A stretch of DNA of 60,680 bases from positions 1 to 60,680 of the forward strand of contig CAXHJY010001009.1 of NCBI GenBank assembly GCA_964016885.1, read 5' to 3'. The position numbers were made by a program, and so were the translations under genes. The notes under the pieces are model-generated. The model searched no databases, was not told the DNA's origin, and saw only the letters and a list, made by a program, of their open reading frames with translations. This document shows, piece after piece, positions 57,063 through 60,680 of the stretch (its first letter is position 1; every line of letters begins with the position of its first letter). The stretch comes from Eledone cirrhosa (lineage: Eukaryota).

Positions 57063-59196
57063 TCAAGGCGGTTGATTTATCGTAGGAGTGTCAATCCAGT
57101 TACAGATCAGATGCGATTTCAGATGAGGACAGCATCTGAAGATCTCAGTCTTAGAGTTAAGGCAAGCGGAAGTGTCTCTCAAGTTTAGCAAAATCCTATA
57201 CTTTTCTGTGGTACACAAAGAACAATTCTTTGTGCCCCTTTGGTACTCCCTCGAATGGTCTAATATAGACCAATCAATAGAGTACGGGATATTACTATCC
57301 TTGAGATCCCATACCTTACTTGCGAGGGCCGTTGATGTTCGTTTATCTGAGTGTTTAAAAGAAGCGACATGTGAGTAAAATCTGGTTTTAAACCTGTCCT
57401 GGGTCATACCGACATATCGCTCGCTTCTGGCTGGCTGGTTGTTGATAACTGGCGTTATTTTAGCCTCATAAACGACAGATTTTGTTTTACATTTACCCTG
57501 CAATGGGCATTCATCCGGCTTCCTGCAACTGCATCCTGGATTTATCCTCGTACGGTTTGAACTGGTGATTTTGGATTTCATGGATGGACAACAAGAGTAG
57601 CTGATCTTAACTACATTCCTATTAAAAATCTTATAATATCTATGAATAGGAGGAAAATGTTTGTCTAATAGTTCAAGGAATTTCCTTCCTACATTAGTTT
57701 TGACATTTAGAGAGAAGGGGGGTGTGAACCAAATAATCTTCCTTTTCCTGTTATTATGGTTAGTTTTAGGGGGGGGGAATAGGTAAATAAGAAATATTTT
57801 CTGTAAAACCGCTGTTCTTAAGGGCTTTATTATAATAAGGGGCGGCTTTATTAAAAATGTCTATAGACGAAGATAAAGTAGAAATCCTACGGCTAATGTT
57901 AGGAATAAGATTATTAAAAACTATAGGGGGATGGCAAGACTCTTTGTGTATATACCTAAGATTTTCATTAGGTTTATGATAGGGTTTAAAAGAGGCAGTA
58001 AGTAGATCAAGATTAATATCAAGAAAGTTAGCATTAGTAAGGTTCGTATCTATAGTAATTTTAAGGTTAAGATTAGCAAAGGTACTAATTAAATCTTTAC
58101 GGAATTTATCAAGATTATGGCCATTGGTGGTATGAGAAACTGCTAATCCGTCATCACGGTATAAACCGATATTATGGGACGGAAATTTCTCTTTGAGTGT
58201 GTGGAGAAGGAATAATCCTACTAAGTCGCACACATCCGCACTGTCATAAGAACCCATTGCAACATCGAAAGAGTTTTCAGGGTTTGACTTTTTAACCCAA
58301 ATCTTATCATTAGTAAAAAGTAAAGTTTTTCTGGCATGAAAGATAATGTCCTCTTCTAATTTGGAGATATTAATGAAGGGTCTTGCAAAATCTAAGGCTT
58401 TAGTTAATAAGGAAACGGTAATAGAAGGGTAAAAATCGACAATATCAAATTGCGTAAATCTACACTTATTTTTACCTTGTATATTATTGAACCAAGAAAT
58501 AACAGAGGAAGTATTTAGCCACTGTGAAAGGACAGTGTTAGTTCTAATTTGGATAATTATTTTTCTTAAGATTTTCTTACTAGCAAGGCCAACCTCGGAT
58601 TTAGCCGGGTTAATCAGTCTACAACTAGGTCGATTAGTAAAGTCCAATTTATGGTCTTTAAGGGTAATATATGCTTTACGCTTAGCTAAGCTTTCAATCC
58701 GGTTATCTATTTGTAAAGAACTAGCTAGTTCTTTAGCTTCTTTATTGATAGTATTGTAGCTATTATTATTAGTTAATTGATATTTATTGGTAATACTATT
58801 AGTTAAAAGTTGGTTATACAAATTACTATTAACTTCAAAGAGGTTTTTGGTTTTATCAGAAAGAACAAAAGTGTTTGTAGAATTTCTAAAATTAGAGATA
58901 TCGTGAGAAAGTTTAGTTTGAAAATTATTATTGTACTTACGAAATTTGATATCACTAATTAGATTAACGAGGTCTAATTCGAAGTTGGCCATGTCTTTAA
59001 TTCTAGGTGGATATTTACGGGATTTAATGTCAAAATTATCTTTAGTATCAGCACTGAATAGTCCATCGTAAACCATTGCCTTCCATCTCATTCTTTTAAC
59101 GACTTGCTCGATTTTATCAATGAGGATTTTGGTGTATGTTGTGTTGGAAGGAGTGGGTATGTTTTTGATAGAATAATCCAAATCATAAAGGTCCAT
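57063..59196 (-). CDS. Penelope-like RT + GIY-YIG endonuclease (710 aa if one base is removed from the homopolymer at ~57769-57777)
   Basis: KDHK, CRLINPAKSE, FDIVDFYPSI, MGSYD, YRDDGL, FLDI, linker WFTPP, CSCRKPDECP, SVVY...YVGMT...RFYSH, CSLCTTEK. Confidence 0.9.
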
Positions 59197-59414
59197 GGTG
59201 TATGTTGGTTAAATTCCTGAAAACTGTAGAGTGCTCAACTAATCGGGCTGGAAAGTGCCAATCGTATATGTAATATCGAATATGCTGCGATCAATCCCGG
59301 TTGGAGCTGTATAAATGAAGTAATTCCATCGGAAAAGTCCAGGAAAAAAGAGTGCTCTATGTAAGCAACAGAGCTTAATTATTATTATTATGTAATAAAC
59401 AACATAAGGCAATT

Positions 59415-59476
59415 ATTCCATTTACCAGTGGTTTCTTAAAAGCAAAAGGTTTTGCTTTCAATCCTCAGAATGAAAA
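59415..59476 (-). ncRNA. Type I hammerhead ribozyme (upstream pLTR)
   Basis: Identical to 55140-55201 and 4275 bp away. Predicted cleavage between 59423 and 59422, about 225 nt before the ATG at 59196. Confidence 0.85.
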
Positions 59477-59684
59477 ATCCTGGTTTGTTTATTGAATATG
59501 GATTCTAAAAACGAAAATGCAATCTATATGAAAGTGAGGCTGGAAAAGGGAGAAGGAAAGGAAAAATAAAATAAAATAAAACTACACATGCAAACACACA
59601 CAAAAAAACCCAAAAGCATACTTACACACACACACATATATACACATATAATTTGCACGCATACACATATACACATACACATAC

Positions 59685-59757
<73 letters not shown>

Positions 59758-59858
59758 CACATACATACACATATATATATATAAAGAGCGTACACCTACA
59801 CACACATACACATATATATACACACATATACACATACATATATTCATACATACACACG

Positions 59859-59894
<36 letters not shown>

Positions 59895-60401
59895 TATACA
59901 TACACATGTACATATCCATACATATATATATATATATAGATATATATATACACATACATATACACACATATACACATATACATACACACACACACACATG
60001 TGTGTGTACAAGCCTACACATACACACACACATATATATACACACACATATACATACATTCACACAAACATACAACGTACATACATACATACACATACAT
60101 GAATGCACTCCACTACATATTAACACACGCAAATAAATATAAGAAAAAAATATATAAATAATATTAACAAATATTTGACAGCGATACATGCCCCAGCTAA
60201 CAGGACAGACACGCGTGGTAAGTAATACACACATAAGCGCATATACATACGTTCGAAATAGTAAACACATACACACACTCTCACACATAAATATACATAT
60301 ACAAATACATAAACACGTACATACACATACATACGCAAACACGTACACGTATACAATATAAACACACACATGTATATGTAATTATATACACACACACACA
60401 C

Positions 60402-60446
<45 letters not shown>

Positions 60447-60680
60447 CAAAATATAAAAATATAAACGCACACACACATATAAATACGTAAACACACATAT
60501 ACATACATAGCTAAACAATTATACACATGCAAATACGTATATATCAAAAGAACGCACAACCAAATACAAACACACACACATATATACACACACACACACC
60601 CACACACAAACCCACACATACATAAAAATAAATAAAAACACACGCAACATATACATACATACACATACATATACATATAT

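Larger units (their letters stand above)
55105..60680 (-). mobile_element. Penelope-like element (Naiad-like) with direct pseudo-LTR repeats
   Basis: 55105-~56387 is repeated almost identically at 59380-60680 (running off the window), flanking an RT + GIY-YIG ORF. Confidence 0.93.

Noticed and set aside
57063-57581. Selenocysteine recoding as in some Naiad PLEs
   Set aside because: No in-frame UGA at Cys positions; the only break is a homopolymer frameshift.

Overview
AT-rich, microsatellite-dense animal genomic DNA, most likely a coleoid cephalopod such as Octopus (inferred from the repeat families and the KRAB-less single-exon C2H2 arrays). The backbone is a tandem cluster of four paralogous poly-C2H2 zinc-finger genes on the + strand: 16 fingers with a premature stop, 8 fingers, 14 fingers, and one frameshifted pseudogene. 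Each gene sits in a duplicated unit with shared upstream and downstream modules. The cluster is packed with mobile elements: a full-length Ty3/Gypsy element (476-bp LTRs, TGTC TSD, tRNA-Trp-like PBS), several RTE LINEs (some with a PHD-like finger inside the RT region), a CR1/L2-type LINE, four Helitrons, a DD37D maT element, a Merlin/IS1595-type transposase and two SINE families. The most notable feature is a nearly intact Penelope-like element (Naiad-like RT + GIY-YIG) whose direct repeats each carry a well-formed type I hammerhead ribozyme, bracketing a 4275-nt unit. Further intact and decayed hammerhead-like motifs occur as islands inside TA microsatellites elsewhere in the window. All alignments and folds were done by eye, so degraded-repeat boundaries are approximate.
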